A stretch of 63,087 nt of DNA, filler included, from Octopus bimaculoides (Eukaryota), in NCBI RefSeq assembly GCF_001194135.2. It is 6 parts of 5 records of this genome, joined end to end, with 100 filler letters (N's around TTAATTAATTAA, not from the genome) between each part and the next. Parts side by side here need not be neighbours in the genome. Positions count along the whole stretch, not along the records: positions 8,884 to 34,424 come from NC_068995.1; 5 more parts are not named here. One strand, written 5' to 3'. Positions 14,736-28,651 of this stretch are shown in pieces. The position numbers and the translations under genes were made by a program. Under the pieces are notes generated by a model. It saw only the letters and a list, made by a program, of their open reading frames with translations. It searched no databases and was not told the DNA's origin. The stretch's first letter is position 1. Each line of letters opens with the position of its first letter.

Positions 14736-16296
14736 NNNNNNNNNNNNNNNNNNNNNNNNNNNNNNNNNNNNNNNNNNNNNNNNNNNNNNNNNNNNNNNNN
14801 NNNNNNNNNNNNNNNNNNNNNNNNNNNNNNNNNNNNNNNNNNNNNNNNNNNNNNNNNNNNNNNNNNNNNNNNNNNNNNNNNNNNNNNNNNNNNNNNNNNN
14901 NNNNNNNNNNNNNNNNNNNNNNNNNNNNNNNNNNNNNNNNNNNNNNNNNNNNNNNNNNNNNNNNNNNNNNNNNNNNNNNNNNNNNNNNNNNNNNNNNNNN
15001 NNNNNNNNNNNNNNNNNNNNNNNNNNNNNNNNNNNNNNNNNNNNNNNNNNNNNNNNNNNNNNNNNNNNNNNNNNNNNNNNNNNNNNNNNNNNNNNNNNNN
15101 NNNNNNNNNNNNNNNNNNNNNNNNNNNNNNNNNNNNNNNNNNNNNNNNNNNNNNNNNNNNNNNNNNNNNNNNNNNNNNNNNNNNNNNNNNNNNNNNNNNN
15201 NNNNNNNNNNNNNNNNNNNNNNNNNNNNNNNNNNNNNNNNNNNNNNNNNNNNNNNNNNNNNNNNNNNNNNNNNNNNNNNNNNNNNNNNNNNNNNNNNNNN
15301 NNNNNNNNNNNNNNNNNNNNNNNNNNNNNNNNNNNNNNNNNNNNNNNNNNNNNNNNNNNNNNNNNNNNNNNNNNNNNNNNNNNNNNNNNNNNNNNNNNNN
15401 NNNNNNNNNNNNNNNNNNNNNNNNNNNNNNNNNNNNNNNNNNNNNNNNNNNNNNNNNNNNNNNNNNNNNNNNNNNNNNNNNNNNNNNNNNNNNNNNNNNN
15501 NNNNNNNNNNNNNNNNNNNNNNNNNNNNNNNNNNNNNNNNNNNNNNNNNNNNNNNNNNNNNNNNNNNNNNNNNNNNNNNNNNNNNNNNNNNNNNNNNNNN
15601 NNNNNNNNNNNNNNNNNNNNNNNNNNNNNNNNNNNNNNNNNNNNNNNNNNNNNNNNNNNNNNNNNNNNNNNNNNNNNNNNNNNNNNNNNNNNNNNNNNNN
15701 NNNNNNNNNNNTAATTAATTAAGAGTGAACTGGTCGTCATTAAAATCTTTAGCCAAAAATATTCAGGGGAAATAACTTTTCTTAATTTATTTAATGGTCG
15801 GAAAGTGCCCTGCCTGTGGTCGTCACTGGAAAGAAGAAAGGCAGAAATATCTTGATATTCTTGTCTTATAGGTTTGGTCTGAATGCTAGAAAGTGATCCA
15901 TGCTAAAGGTACCCCATGGCAAGGTGATGACTCGGTCATTTCAGAACAGGTACAATGCATTGGAAAAATTTCCATTTAGTTTCCATTCTATCCAGTTTGA
16001 CTAACAAGACTTGAATCAGCTCAAGTTTATGGTAAAGGACACTTATGCAAATTACAGTGCAGTGGAATCGAACCCATAACCACTTGATTGCAAAGCAGGC
16101 TTCTTAATCATACACCCACCAGTGTACTGCATGGGGGGGATGGGATTCAGCAGCAAATACTGGATAATTGCCGGATGCTAAAAGTCAGGGAAATGTTGTC
16201 TTGGAGGAATAAATACCATGGAACATGTGGGTACAAGAGTTGAGGTCAAATGTCCAGAAGAAACTGGATTAAATTATCATTCCAAGCTGTGTTTAA

Positions 16297-17171
16297 CCCT
16301 TTAGCATTTAAACCAACCATATCCGACCCAAATATTCTACCTGTTCTTATGTTTAAACTGGCTAGATCTGGCCTCTCACACATACCTTACAATGTAATTC
16401 TAAAAATATACAATTACATCATTGAAATCTCAAAGCTATGAGACAATGCAGGATTACTTCAAAACAATGTGAATAAATAAGCATTACATTAGACAGAGTG
16501 AAGGCACATGGCTCAGTGGTTAGAGCGTCAGGCTCACAATCATGAAGTAGTGAGTTTGATTCCTGGGTCAGGAATTGTATTCATATGGTGAAGGCGCATG
16601 GCTCAGCGGTTAGAGTGTCAAGCTTACGATCGTGAGGTTGTGAGTTCGATTCTCAGACGGGGCTGCGTGTTGTATTCTTGAGCAAGACACTTTATTTCAC
16701 ATTGCTCCAGTTAACTCAGCTGTAGAAATGAGTTGCGACATCACTGGTGCCAAGCTGTATCGGCTTTTGCCTTTTCCTTGGATAACGTCACTGGTGTGGA
16801 GAGGGATGGCTGGTATGCATGGGCGATTGCTGGCCTTCCATAAACAACCTTGCCCGGACTTGTGCCTGGGAGGGTAACTTTCTAGGTACAATCCCATGGT
16901 CATTCGTGACAGAGGGGAGTCTCCTGATAACTCAAGGCTATGAACAAAGACAAGCTGGTGCCAAGCTGTATCAGCCTTTGCCTTTCCCTTGGACAACATT
17001 TATGAGGGGAGGCTGGTATGCATGGGCGACTACTGATCTTTCACAAACAATCTTGCCCGGACTTGTGCCTCGGAGGGGAACATTCTAGGTGCAATCCCAT
17101 GGTCATTCGTGACTGAAGGGAGTCTTTATCTTTTTTTTTACATTTGACAGAGTAATCTGAATGCTAAAGGG
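16297..17171. mobile_element. piggyBac-type MITE with a compound tRNA-derived SINE (about 16500-17125) inserted
   Basis: TTAA-CCCTTTAGCATT ... AATGCTAAAGGG-TCAA ends; SINE A box TGGCTCAG(T/C)GG and B box GTTCGATTC; flanked by the duplicated TTACATT(A/T)GACAGAGT. Confidence 0.7.
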
Positions 17172-17248
17172 TCAAACACTAAGTCTAGATTAATTAGTTG
17201 TTTGAGGTTGGATAAAAGTCATTTGATTTAAGCTCCTCTCTGTTCTAG

Positions 17249-17342
17249 GTCTATATATCATTTGACTATGTTGGCTGTACCACATCTGGTTGCTACCAAA
17301 GGAAATATTGTCAATGTATCGAGTGTTAATGGACTAAGATCT
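17249..17342 (+). CDS. SDR exon with the catalytic Ser region
   Basis: AG/GT; SIYHLTMLAVPHLVATKGNIVNVSSVNGLRS with GxIVNVSS; phase 2 to phase 0. Confidence 0.92.
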
Positions 17343-18870
17343 GTAAGTATTTCTTCATGTCTAACATTCAAATACTGCTGATAAGGTACAAAACCTGCTG
17401 AAATCACAGGATACAGTAGTTTCACTACCAGTGCTTAACCTCTCATGTCTACTACCAATATCTCTGTGTTTATATACACTAGACGTTGATACAAGAAGCT
17501 TTCTTGGGACAAATTCTGCAGTATTATGGTGCTCTAAAAATAGGTAAGAGTCAGCAACATGAAGAGCATCCAGCTGTAAAGCATTACTACAATAATGTGT
17601 ATTCATACAGCCCAGAAAATAGCCCTCGTCACATTTAGGTTGAATTTTAAGTACTTAATAACAAGTTCGTTTCAGTTACACATTACTTTAAAGTTTCATA
17701 AGTGCACAACACGTCCACATCATCAGATGTACAGTCAGAGTGGTGAGAAATTAAAAGAAATTTTTAAATGGTTTCTGTGTGGCATAGGTGCAGGAGTGGC
17801 TGTGTGGCAAGTAGCTTGCTTACCAACCACATGGTTCTGGGTTCAGTCCCAATGNNNNNNNNNNNNNNNNNNNNNNNNNNNNNNNNNNNNNNNNNNNNNN
17901 NNNNNNNNNNNNNNNNNNNNNNNNNNNNNNNNNNNNNNNNNNNNNNNNNNNNNNNNNNNNNNNNNNNNNNNNNNNNNNNNNNNNNNNNNNNNNNNNNNNN
18001 NNNNNNNNNNNNNNNNNNNNNNNNNNNNNNNNNNGTGGTTAGGGGCATTCGGCTCACGATCGTAAGGTTGTGAGTTCGATTCCTGGCGACGCGTTGTGTC
18101 CTTGAGCAAGACACTTTATTTCACATTGCTCCAGTCCACTCAACTGGCAAAAATGAGTAGTACCTGTATTTCAAAGGGCCAGCTTTGGCACGCTAAGTGT
18201 CACGCTGAGTCTCCCTGAGAACTACGTTAGGGGTACACGTGTCTGTAGGTTGCTCAGTCACTTGCACGTTAATTTCACGAGCAAGCTGTTCCGTTGATCG
18301 TATCAGCTGGGACCCTCGTCGCCGTAACCGACGGAGTGCTCCTCTCCTAAAGGCAGTGCTCCAGCATGGCTGCAGTCAAATGACTGAAACAAACAAATAA
18401 AAGAATAAAAAGTGAGAATATTTTCGCCTCTATCAGTCATTTCAGATCACCTAGTTTTTGCTTTCATTTGATGGTATTCATGGTAGACATCCTGTACTCT
18501 TGTACTCTTTACACTATTATATTAGTGTTTTTATTGTACTCCTGCACCTTTCATTAGTATTGTTACTGTACTCTTGTATGTTTCACCTTTGTCCTTGTTT
18601 CTACTGTTGCTCGAGGCTTCTTGAGTGTGAATAATGCTGGGTAGCTTCTTCAATATGTAGTGATAGGTAGATCCTTGGGTGGCTGCTTGAGTAGTAGTCA
18701 TTAGGTTATTCTTTGTATATGCAGTGCTGATAGGATCCTCTATAATTTGTACATCAATACTTTCATATGTGAACCATGATTTAATTTAATATAATACCTA
18801 ACACCACGAGTTGTTTCCTCTTGACGATACTCATTCTGCTTTTGTTTTGTTTTGTTTTTTTTCCCCATAG

Positions 18871-18940
18871 TTTCCAGGAGTTCTGTCATATAACATGTCC
18901 AAGAGTGCCTTAGACCAGATGACACAATGTGCAGCTTTAG
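18871..18940 (+). CDS. SDR exon with the catalytic YxxxK
   Basis: AG/GT; FPGVLSYNMSKSALDQMTQCAAL; phase 0 to phase 1. Confidence 0.92.
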
Positions 18941-19534
18941 GTAATGTACAGCATTTAATGTTCTCAGAAATTCTACTCGTTCCTATATCCACCCTGCACC
19001 CACCCTCCTCACTACCCTAACCAGAAACGTATGTCGCTTTAGCAATAACACATAATAACATAATGTAACGTTGCTTCTAAGTTCTTCTGACGAGATATAG
19101 TTCAGTTGAGCCCATCACATGATTGGATTGTCAGCAAACAAACCAGCTCCCCACCCAAGAGAAACTGCTAGGTTTCTCTTGGGTGGGGTTTCCATAAACC
19201 CAGCAAGACTTAGCCAGAGCTAATAATGATAAACTTTAACTACTAAATATTGTTAAACACACCTCTGCAAATGCAATGTGCATAAGCAATTCACTTTAAA
19301 TACGATGCACAATCAGCCGTGAGACTGTTTTTAGTAGACCCCCAAATGGGGCTCATGGCAAGCAATGGGTTAGAAAAGACAAAAATGTCTGAGACAACAA
19401 GAAATCATAGAAACTCAGTAGTGATGCAAGTGACATTATTTTATAATCATACACTGCAGCATATATTGAGTATTTTCCCCAGAATTTTCCATATGTGGAA
19501 TCTGCAAATGGTTGCTAGTGTTGTTTTTAGTTGA

Positions 19535-20235
19535 CCGTCATCTCAAGCAATGGGGCCATTGACCATGAGATTCAGAATCACATCCACCTTGCCTCCTCTG
19601 CTTTTGGACATCTTAAGGATAGGGTCTTCCTTAATCATGATCTCAATCTCTCCATGAAAATCGAGGTTTATTGTGCTGTTGTAGTTTCCACGCTTCTGTA
19701 TGCCTCAGAATTCTGGACACTCTATCGTCGTCATATCAAACTCCTCGAATCCTTTCATATCCGCTGTCTCCAGCGCATTCTTCATCTGATCTGGAAGGAC
19801 AAGATCCCACATACTGAGATCCTGAGACGAGCGAAATTGACCAGCATCGAATGCATGATCCCCGAACGTCAACTGTGCTGGGTGGGGCAAGTTATCAGGA
19901 TGCAGAAAAGCCGTATACCCAAGATTGTCCTTTTGGAGGAGTTAACAGAGGGTAATTGACTGCACGGAGGTCCAAAGAAGCTATATAAAGATCATCTCAA
20001 GAAATCCCTGAAGCTCTGCAACATTACTTTTGGTGGACTTGAAACACTGACCACAGACCGCACTACCTGGAGCATTTTGAGGATGAGCGAACTAGACTTC
20101 ACGAAGAAAATCAGAGCCAGCTCAAGAAATGTCAGCAAAATCCTGGACAAGCTCATCTTCGTCGGAGCCCTCTTCACTGCTCTCAGTGTAATCGGACATG
20201 TGCCTCCAGAATTCCCACATACAAAACATTGGCCA
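19535..20235 (+). mobile_element. RTE-clade LINE ORF2 C-terminal fragment (intronic)
   Basis: EIQNHIHLASSAFGHLKDRVF...STLLYASEFW...FHIRCLQRIL...QLCWVGQVIRM; contains stops. Confidence 0.85.
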
Positions 20236-20469
20236 ATCTGCTGCATCTCTTGTCCAAAATGCCATGCAGTGGAATCAAGCCGAAACCCCTGTCATTGCAA
20301 CATGAACTTTATTATCCACCTGGCTGTACAAAATCCTGTGTTTTGCTAACAGTGCTCCTATTAGTGTTTAAGTGTCATGTGATGTAACGTCATATGTCAT
20401 GTGATTGTTTAATGATCGTCATTATATTTCAATATGTATTAGTGAGTGTTGTCTTATATTACATTTCAG

Positions 20470-20506
20470 AATTGGCACCGAAACAAGTCAGAGTTAACAG
20501 TGTCAA
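20470..20506 (+). CDS. SDR micro-exon (37 nt)
   Basis: TTTCAG/ ... /GTAAGT; (E)LAPKQVRVNSV(N); phase 1 to phase 2, matching both neighbouring exons. Confidence 0.9.
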
Positions 20507-21765
20507 GTAAGTAAAACATCTCAAATATAAATTCAAAGACAAATCAAATCCACTCCAGTTATTCCTTGTGTGTGTGTGTGAGGCCAGAATTGGTAGCTAC
20601 TTAGTATATATAAATTAATTCACTTGTGCTTGTCTTTCACCAAAGTATATTGTAAACAAAGTAAAGTTCCCTTCCCAAGTCATATAGACTCATAATGGCC
20701 GGTTTCCTGGTTTCCATGGCTTATTATATATTCCCCACTTGGACAGGATGTCAGTCTGTCGCAAGATTACTCATTTTTGCCTGCTGAGTAGACTGGAGCA
20801 ACGTGAAATGAAGTGTCTTGCTCAAGAACACAACGTGTCACCTGGTCCAGGAATCAAAACCACTAAGCCCTAGCCACTAACCCTAACCACTAAGCCACTA
20901 GCTCCACCCAATATTGTTATTCTCACTAAAAAACATTTTGAAGTAAGTCGAACTGACCCTAACCCTGCATATTCAAATGCTTTCTGTCTTGCATATTGTT
21001 AAGGATGTAAATCTGGCTTGGGGTTAAAAATGTTTACTTTGTCTCTAAATGGTTCTATTGCATGGCACTGCAAGAAGACATTTGTCTTCCATAGTCACAG
21101 TTCAACCAAAGAATTGCGAATTCAATTCGGTAGATGGAAGTTACTTCAGCACATTTTCTTGCGTGTCTGAAGCAGAATCCCTACTGCTTGAAAGAGGTCT
21201 CTTCTCTGACTGACTTTCATCTTTCCTCCCCTTAATTTTGGAAACCTGAATAAAGGGTCGTGAATGAACCGTTCCCCTTAATTCATAGAATTAGAAAAGA
21301 TTTGTGAAAGAGAGAGGTTGGTAGGTAGTAAGTTTCCTCAGAGTTATCTCCCCTGCCACTCAGCAGCAGAAAATATCAAAACACCCGACTATCATTTTCT
21401 CTTGCATCCATGGCGGATGACCAGATGAGATAGAGCCTGCACATAACCAAATGATCTGCTAGAAATAGCATCCAAATATGTCTCAACTCATAACTTACAG
21501 TCTTAAGCCAGTTAGGATACCTTAGATAACATAATCAAGGCAGTGAGCTGAGAGAACCATTTGTATGCTGGGTGAAATACTTAGCAGTAGTTCATCCATT
21601 TATATATTCTGAGTTCAAATTCCACCGAGGTCGACTTTGCTTTTATCTTTTCTGGGTCAATAAAATAAGTACCAGTTGGGGACTGGGGTCGATCTAATCG
21701 ACTTGGCCCCTTTCCTGAAATTTTTGGCCTTGTGCCAAAATTTGAAATTATTATCTTTATTAATA

Positions 21766-21945
21766 AGGTGGTGAGCTGGCAGAATCGTTAGCACTCCAGG
21801 CAAAATGCTTAGTGGTGTTTCGTCTGCCACTACATTCTGAGTTCAAATTCCAGCGAGGTCGACTTTGCCTTTCATCTTTTTGAGGTCGATAAATTAAGTA
21901 CCAGTTGAGTACAAATTTCAGGCCTTGTAGAAAGGATTATTATTA
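21766..21945 (+). mobile_element. tRNA-derived SINE, family C (other copies about 21540-21750, 31905-32060, 33852-34020, 59925-60150)
   Basis: Multi-copy; head GGTGAGCTGGCAGAATCGTTAG...GAGTTCAAATTCC, then GAGGTCGACTTTGCCTTTCATC. Confidence 0.75.
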
Positions 21946-22704
21946 TTATTATTTAGTACATTTATTTTCGCTCAATAAACACACACAATGCCAGGTTTGG
22001 GAATCAAAACAGCGAGTCTGCTTTCCTAACCACTGGGCCATTGTGCCTCCATGAAACCATTATTATTATTATTATTNNNNNNNNNNNNNNNNNNNNNNNN
22101 NNNNNNNNNNNNNNNNNNNNNNNNNNNNNNNNNNNNNNNNNNNNNNNNNNNNNNNNNNNNNNNNNNNNNNNNNNNNNNNNNNNNNNNNNNNNNNNNNNNN
22201 NNNNNNNNNNNNNNNNNNNNNNNNNNNNNNNNNNNNNNNNNNNNNNNNNNNNNNNNNNNNNNNNNNNNNNNNNNNNNNNNNNNNNNNNNNNNNNNNNNNN
22301 NNNNNNNNNNNNNNNNNNNNNNNNNNNNNNNNNNNNNNNNNNNNNNNNNNNNNNNNNNNNNNNNNNNNNNNNNNNNNNNNNNNNNNNNNNNNNNNNNNNN
22401 NNNNNNNNNNNNNNNNNNNNNNNNNNNNNNNNNNNNNNNNACCATTTCGAGCGTGGCCGTTGCCAGTATCGCCTGACTGGCCTTCGTGCAGGTGACACGT
22501 AAAAGCACCTACTACACTTTCTGAGTGGTTGGCGTTAGGAAGGGCATCCAGCTGTAGAAACTCTGCCAAATTTAGATTGGAGCCTGGTGTTGCCATCCGG
22601 TTTCACCAGTCCTCAGTCAAATCGTCCAACCCATGCTAGCATGGAAAGCGGACGTTAAACGATGATGATGATGATGATGACCTGTATGTTTGTTTTTTGC
22701 TTAG

Positions 22705-22768
22705 TCCTGGAGTAATCATTACGGAATTACAGAAAAGAGGTGGAATAAGTGATGAAGCCTACGTCGCT
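22705..22768 (+). CDS. SDR exon
   Basis: AG/GT; (N)PGVIITELQKRGGISDEAYVA, completing VNSVNPG; phase 2 to phase 0. Confidence 0.9.
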
Positions 22769-24108
22769 GTGAGTATCTATGGATGTTTTTTTTTTCTTTC
22801 TCCCATTTGATATCTTTACTCCACCACTGTCACTCCCACGTCCACCACCATATCCATTAGAAAACTAATTTATACGCCATTATTTTCACACTTAGGTTTC
22901 CTCTCTGTTGAAAGATTCCTTTGTCAGCAGATTAGCATCTGCCAAACTCCATCACACTGCTTTTACTTTCAATAATGGTAACAGATAAAGCAGAGAAGAA
23001 ATGACAACTTTCTTTTACCCAATGTCTTCTCTTTAAATTTTTCAGCAAGTTCCTCTGCTCACTCCTCCTCATTATAAACACAGAACCTTTTTGAACTGTT
23101 AGGATCTTCTTAGAAAATTAAAAGATGTTTCAATATTTATCTTTATACATTCATTTCAATTGTATTTCAATCAAGTGCCTTATTTCTGGATTTGTACTTA
23201 GTACCAAAATGAATTAGAACTCTAAATTTTACTTCCTAAAACAAAATGAGAATAACGACATTCCTCTCCATTGAATGCAGCATGTATACATTAAGATAGT
23301 GCCAGTGGCACATGAAAAGACATTTGAGCGAGATCGTTGCCAGTGCCGCTGAACTGGCTCCTCTGCAGGTGGCCCGTAAAATACACCATTTCGAGCATGG
23401 CTGTTGCCAGTACCGCCTGACTGGCCTTCGTGCCAGTGGCATGTAGAAGCACCCACTACACTCTCAGAGTGGTTGGCATTAGGAAGGGCATCCAGCTGTA
23501 GAAACTCTGCCAAATCAGATTGGAGCCTGGTGTAGCCATCTGGTTCACTAGTCCTCAGTCAAATCGTCCAACCCATGCTAGCATGGAAAGCGGACGTTAA
23601 ATGATGATGTGTGTGTGTGTGCACGCGCACATGTCATGTGTTGATAACAGACCTATCTGAATAAATCTGCCTTTAGGTATAAATTGGAGACTCTTAGTAT
23701 TTCATCCAGGAAGTTCTTATGTTGACCCAATAAACCCAGTCACTTGATTCACCAGAATCAAAAAAATTAATGATGTAAACGTGACACAGAAAATATTGAG
23801 TGGTGGGTGAGGAATATATTTCCTGGTAAAGACATAGATTTAGTAAAATTCAGTTAATGTCACGTCCAGTGAATCTCCTAATAGTTCAGTTCATCTGAGA
23901 AACACTTACCAGCTGCTACATTAGTTTTAGGCAAACAGCTGGAGTAGGTGACTATTTTAGTACAAGAAGAAAAGTGTAAATGTATAAGATACTGTATGGA
24001 TAGTACTGGGGAAAATAAAGTACCTTTTAATTTTGCACAGTCATAAATTTGTATATATATATCATCATGAATTTGTGTTCTTATATTAAATTATTGTTTT
24101 GGTCTTAA

Positions 24109-24333
<225 letters not shown>

Positions 24334-25314
24334 CGCCATACCTTTAAAAATTGAGACCTGTTTATACTGAAATTTATTTTATGAAATCGTCTATTAACTA
24401 TACTTGTGATAAAAGGTGTGAAGTAGCAGGAAGAGATCCTATACCCCTATCCCACATAAAATCAAAAGTGAGTTTCTATTCTTGGTTGAAACTGTTTTAT
24501 TTGTTTGTTTTTTTTCACTTCTCGTGCTGTTGGATAATGAAACAATAAGCATTCAACAAGACCATTTTGTGAACCTCTTAGAGGAAAAAAAAATAATTAA
24601 AATGATACCTGGTTAAAAGAAGTAACTAGAAATTGGTTGTCTGTACATTCAGAAACTAGTAAACTTGTTTGATGCCCAACCAATATTCCAGTCTCAAAGA
24701 CATTCAGAAAGTGACTCGCACTGAAGAGTGTTAAAATAAAATGGTGATAGTTCCAAACTTTGAAATGCTTAGTTCAATCCCTGCCATATTTGGCTGGTGT
24801 TTGTCTGTCTTTCCTTTGTAGTTGATAAAATATGTACCAGCAATATACTGAGGTCAATTCAAACAGTTATGTGTGGCTGTGTATGCATACCACTTGGAGA
24901 GCTGAATACTTTTTGCACAGTAAAATTTAATTCAGGTATTGAAACATTTGATCTTTTATTTTTTAAACCTGCCATATCCGACCAAAATATTCTACCTACT
25001 CTATCCTCAAACCAGCCAGATCTCACACCTACCCTATGATGTCAATCTGAAAATAAACAACCACTGTATCAAAATCTCACAAGTATGAGTTGATGCATAA
25101 TTAATACAAAACAATTGAATAAGTATTATATGTAACAGAATAATTTTGTCAGTTGGTCCTCAGAAACATGAACTCCGATAACAAACTGAAATTGGATTAC
25201 AAACTTAATTTCCCAGGAAGTTGACTCTCTTTGATAGACATTCCTCAAATATCTGAAATAATAAAAAAAAAAAATATTTTTGAATTATTTGTTTTTATTT
25301 ATGTCAGTGTGCAT

Positions 25315-26312
25315 ACTCGACAGAGTGTAAGTATCTTGAGAGAAAAGTTGAACCTAAGAAGCATCAGTTGTGGTGTGCAAGAGAGACAATTGCGCTGGTA
25401 TGGTCACGTGACGAGAATGGGTGAGGTTAGCAGTATGAAAAAGTGCCACACCCTAGCGGTTGAGAGAACCTGTGGAAGAGGTAGGCCCAGGAAGACCTGG
25501 GTTGAGGTGGTGAAGCACAACCTCCGAACATTAGGCCTCACCGAGGCAATGACTTCTGACCGAGACCTTTGGAAATATGCTGTACGTGACAAGACCCGGC
25601 AAGCCAAGTGAGACCAAAATACAAGGCCTCTGCCAGGGATGTAGCCAGCCCACTTCGTACTCCACTTGCGAAGACCTGTTGAGGCAAGTGAAATCGAACT
25701 AAATTCGACGACAGGCCCCCATGCCAGCATCTCCACCATTNNNNNNNNNNNNNNNNNNNNNNNNNNNNNNNNNNNNNNNNNNNNNNNNNNNNNNNNNNNN
25801 NNNNNNNNNNNNNNNNNNNNNNNNNNNNNNNNNNNNNNNNNNNNNNNNNNNNNNNNNNNNNNNNNNNNNNNNNNNNNNNNNNNNNNNNNNNNNNNNNNNN
25901 NNNNNNNNNNNNNNNNNNNNNNNNNNNNNNNNNNNNNNNNNNNNNNNNNNNNNNNNNNNNNNNNNNNNNNNNNNNNNNNNNNNNNNNNNNNNNNNNNNNN
26001 NNNNNNNNNNNNNNNNNNNNNNNNNTGAGATCGTTGCCAGTGCCACTGGACTGGCTTCTGTGCAGGTGGCACATAAAATACACCATTTTGAGTGTGGCCG
26101 TTGCCAGTACCGCCTGACTGGCCTTCGTGCCGGTGGCACGTAAAAGCACCCACTACACTCTTGGAGTGGTTGGCGTTAGGAAGGGCATCCAGCTGTAGAA
26201 ACTATGCCAAATCAGATTGGAGCCTGGTGTAGCCATCTGGATCACCAGTCCTCAGCCAAATCATCCAACCCATGCTAGCATGGAAAGCGGACGTTAAACG
26301 ATGATGATGATG
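25315..26312 (+). mobile_element. RTE-clade LINE 3' end: ORF2 tail, long 3' UTR and (GAT)n tail
   Basis: RQLRWYGHVTRM...GRGRPRKTW...RDLW followed by a UTR ending ACGTTAAACGATGATGATG; shorter copies near 11705-11890, 13460-13650, 13730-13990, 22440-22680, 23290-23610, 28650-29105 and 32325-32607. Confidence 0.85.
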
Positions 26313-27035
26313 GTGATTTATATATTTTTTAATGCATGTATTTACACAAATAACTATGGCCTAGTGGCTGATGTCTTTAACTAATGAGTATTTCAGACAT
26401 GGTCTATAGAAAGGAAAGAACATAAATTCATTTAATAAGGCCACAACTGTTGGCACATCACATATTTTATATTCACCACCACCAAAAAAGAAAAAAATAT
26501 AGATATTTCTATGACTGAGCGGCAGTTTTTTTTTTCTCTCCAACAATCCACAAAGTGTGATCCAAGATTTAACTATGTCCTTTCTCTGTCTTATTGATTA
26601 TTATTACAGAAGTTACCTTTCCTCTAATCTTAATGGCTGTATACACCCTCAATATAAATCCATACATTTCATCAGCCTTGTCCATATGTTCATTCCTGCC
26701 AACAGAAAGTTCAAATTGAACATTTGCCATATTATTTTTATGTTGGTTTTACCTCCCAGTCAAAGGAGCACTGACCTTCCTTGCTGTACCAACATGAAGC
26801 ATCTGGTTGGAAGAAATGAGTTGTACTCAGGCTTGAAGAAAGATGGACCCTACCAGGTCTACATGACCAAAGACACACTGTATAATGAGCAAAGAAGCAT
26901 CTACATGTTGCTATCTCTCACATTACCTAAATATTGGTTTCAAATTTTGGCACATGACCAGCAATTTCAGGGGAGAGCTTAAGTCAAATATATTGACCCA
27001 GTGCTCAACTGGTACTTATTCTATTGGCCTGAAAA

Positions 27036-27076
<41 letters not shown>

Positions 27077-28126
27077 TATAATTTAGGGTATCTAAGAGAT
27101 ACCACCATGCTGGAAATAGCAGTCAAAACTTGACTCTAAAACCACATTAAATGTTCATATTGCNNNNNNNNNNNNNNNNNNNNNNNNNNNNNNNNNNNNN
27201 NNNNNNNNNNNNNNNNNNNNNNNNNNNNNNNNNNNNNNNNNNNNNNNNNNNNNNNNNNNNNNNNNNNNNNNNNNNNNNNNNNNNNNNNNNNNNNNNNNNN
27301 NNNNNNNNNNNNNNNNNNNNNNNNNNNNNNNNNNNNNNNNNNNNNNNNNNNNNNNNNNNNNNNNNNNNNNNNNNNNNNNNNNNNNNNNNNNNNNNNNNNN
27401 NNNNNNNNNNNNNNNNNNNNNNNNNNNNNNNNNNNNNNNNNNNNNNNNNNNNNNNNNNNNNNNNNNNNNNNNNNNNNNNNNNNNNNNNNNNNNNNNNNNN
27501 NNNNNNNNNNNNNNNNNNNNNNNNNNNNNNNNNNNNNNNNNNNNNNNNNNNNNNNNNNNNNNNNNNNNNNNNNNNNNNNNNNNNNNNNNNNNNNNNNNNN
27601 NNNNNNNNNNNNNNNNNNNNNNNNNNNNNNNNNNNNNNNNNNNNNNNNNNNNNNNNNNNNNNNNNNNNNNNNNNNNNNNNNNNNNNNNNNNNNNNNNNNN
27701 NNNNNNNNNNNNNNNNNNNNNNNNNNNNNNNNNNNNNNNNNNNNNNNNNNNNNNNNNNNNNNNNNNNNNNNNNNNNNNNNNNNNNNNNNNNNNNNNNNNN
27801 NNNNNNNNNNNNNNNNNNNNNNNNNNNNNNNNNNNNNNNNNNNNNNNNNNNNNNNNNNNNNNNNNNNNNNNNNNNNNNNNNNNNNNNNNNNNNNNNNNNN
27901 NNNGAAAAAAGACATTTTCTACATTTTCGTGCAGCTGAAGATTGCTCTTCATATTGCATTTAAGGTAATGCTCACATTACTTAAATAAATTGAAGTAGCA
28001 TGAAACGTGCGTACTGCAATCACTTTTGAAATCCGTGTTGCTTATTGTTTGATTTTTAATCACCCATCCTTTTGGGATGCGATATTCGGGTGCCTTCGCA
28101 TAAGTACCATATTCAAACCTTGAATC

Positions 28127-28159
<33 letters not shown>

Positions 28160-28615
28160 GATACATACAGGGTGTAACAGGTAAATTTGGACCATTTAAA
28201 TATCTTTATTATAATTGGTATAATTCGGGGGAAAAAATCAAACACTGCAAATTATATTATGTTTATGCCAATTTATTGTGGAGTGTTTTAATCAAAGAAA
28301 TCGACCCCAGGACTTATTCTTTGTAACCCTAGAACTTATTCTACCAGTCTCTTTTGCTGAACCACTAAGTTATGAGTATGTAAACGCACCAATCTCAGTT
28401 AGCAAGTGATGGTGGAGAGACAAATACAAGCACAAAGACACACTCATAGATATATATATATGATGGGCTTCTTTCTGTTTCCATCCACCGAATTCACTGA
28501 CAAGGCTTTAGTCTGCCCAAGGCTATTGTAGAAGACACTTGCCCAAGGTGCAACACAGTGGGACTGAACCTGGAACCATGTGCTTGGGAAGCAAGCTTCT
28601 TACCACACAGATACA

Positions 28616-28651
<36 letters not shown>

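Noticed and set aside
16500-16670. tRNA genes
   Set aside because: The A and B boxes belong to multi-copy SINE heads with no complete cloverleaf or 3' stem.
18627-18644. VNNAG as the missing SDR exon
   Set aside because: It is followed at once by TAG, has no acceptor, and lies out of exon order.
19020-19100. Type II hammerhead (GAAAC..GTC...CTGACGA)
   Set aside because: Stem II cannot form and stem I is out of register.
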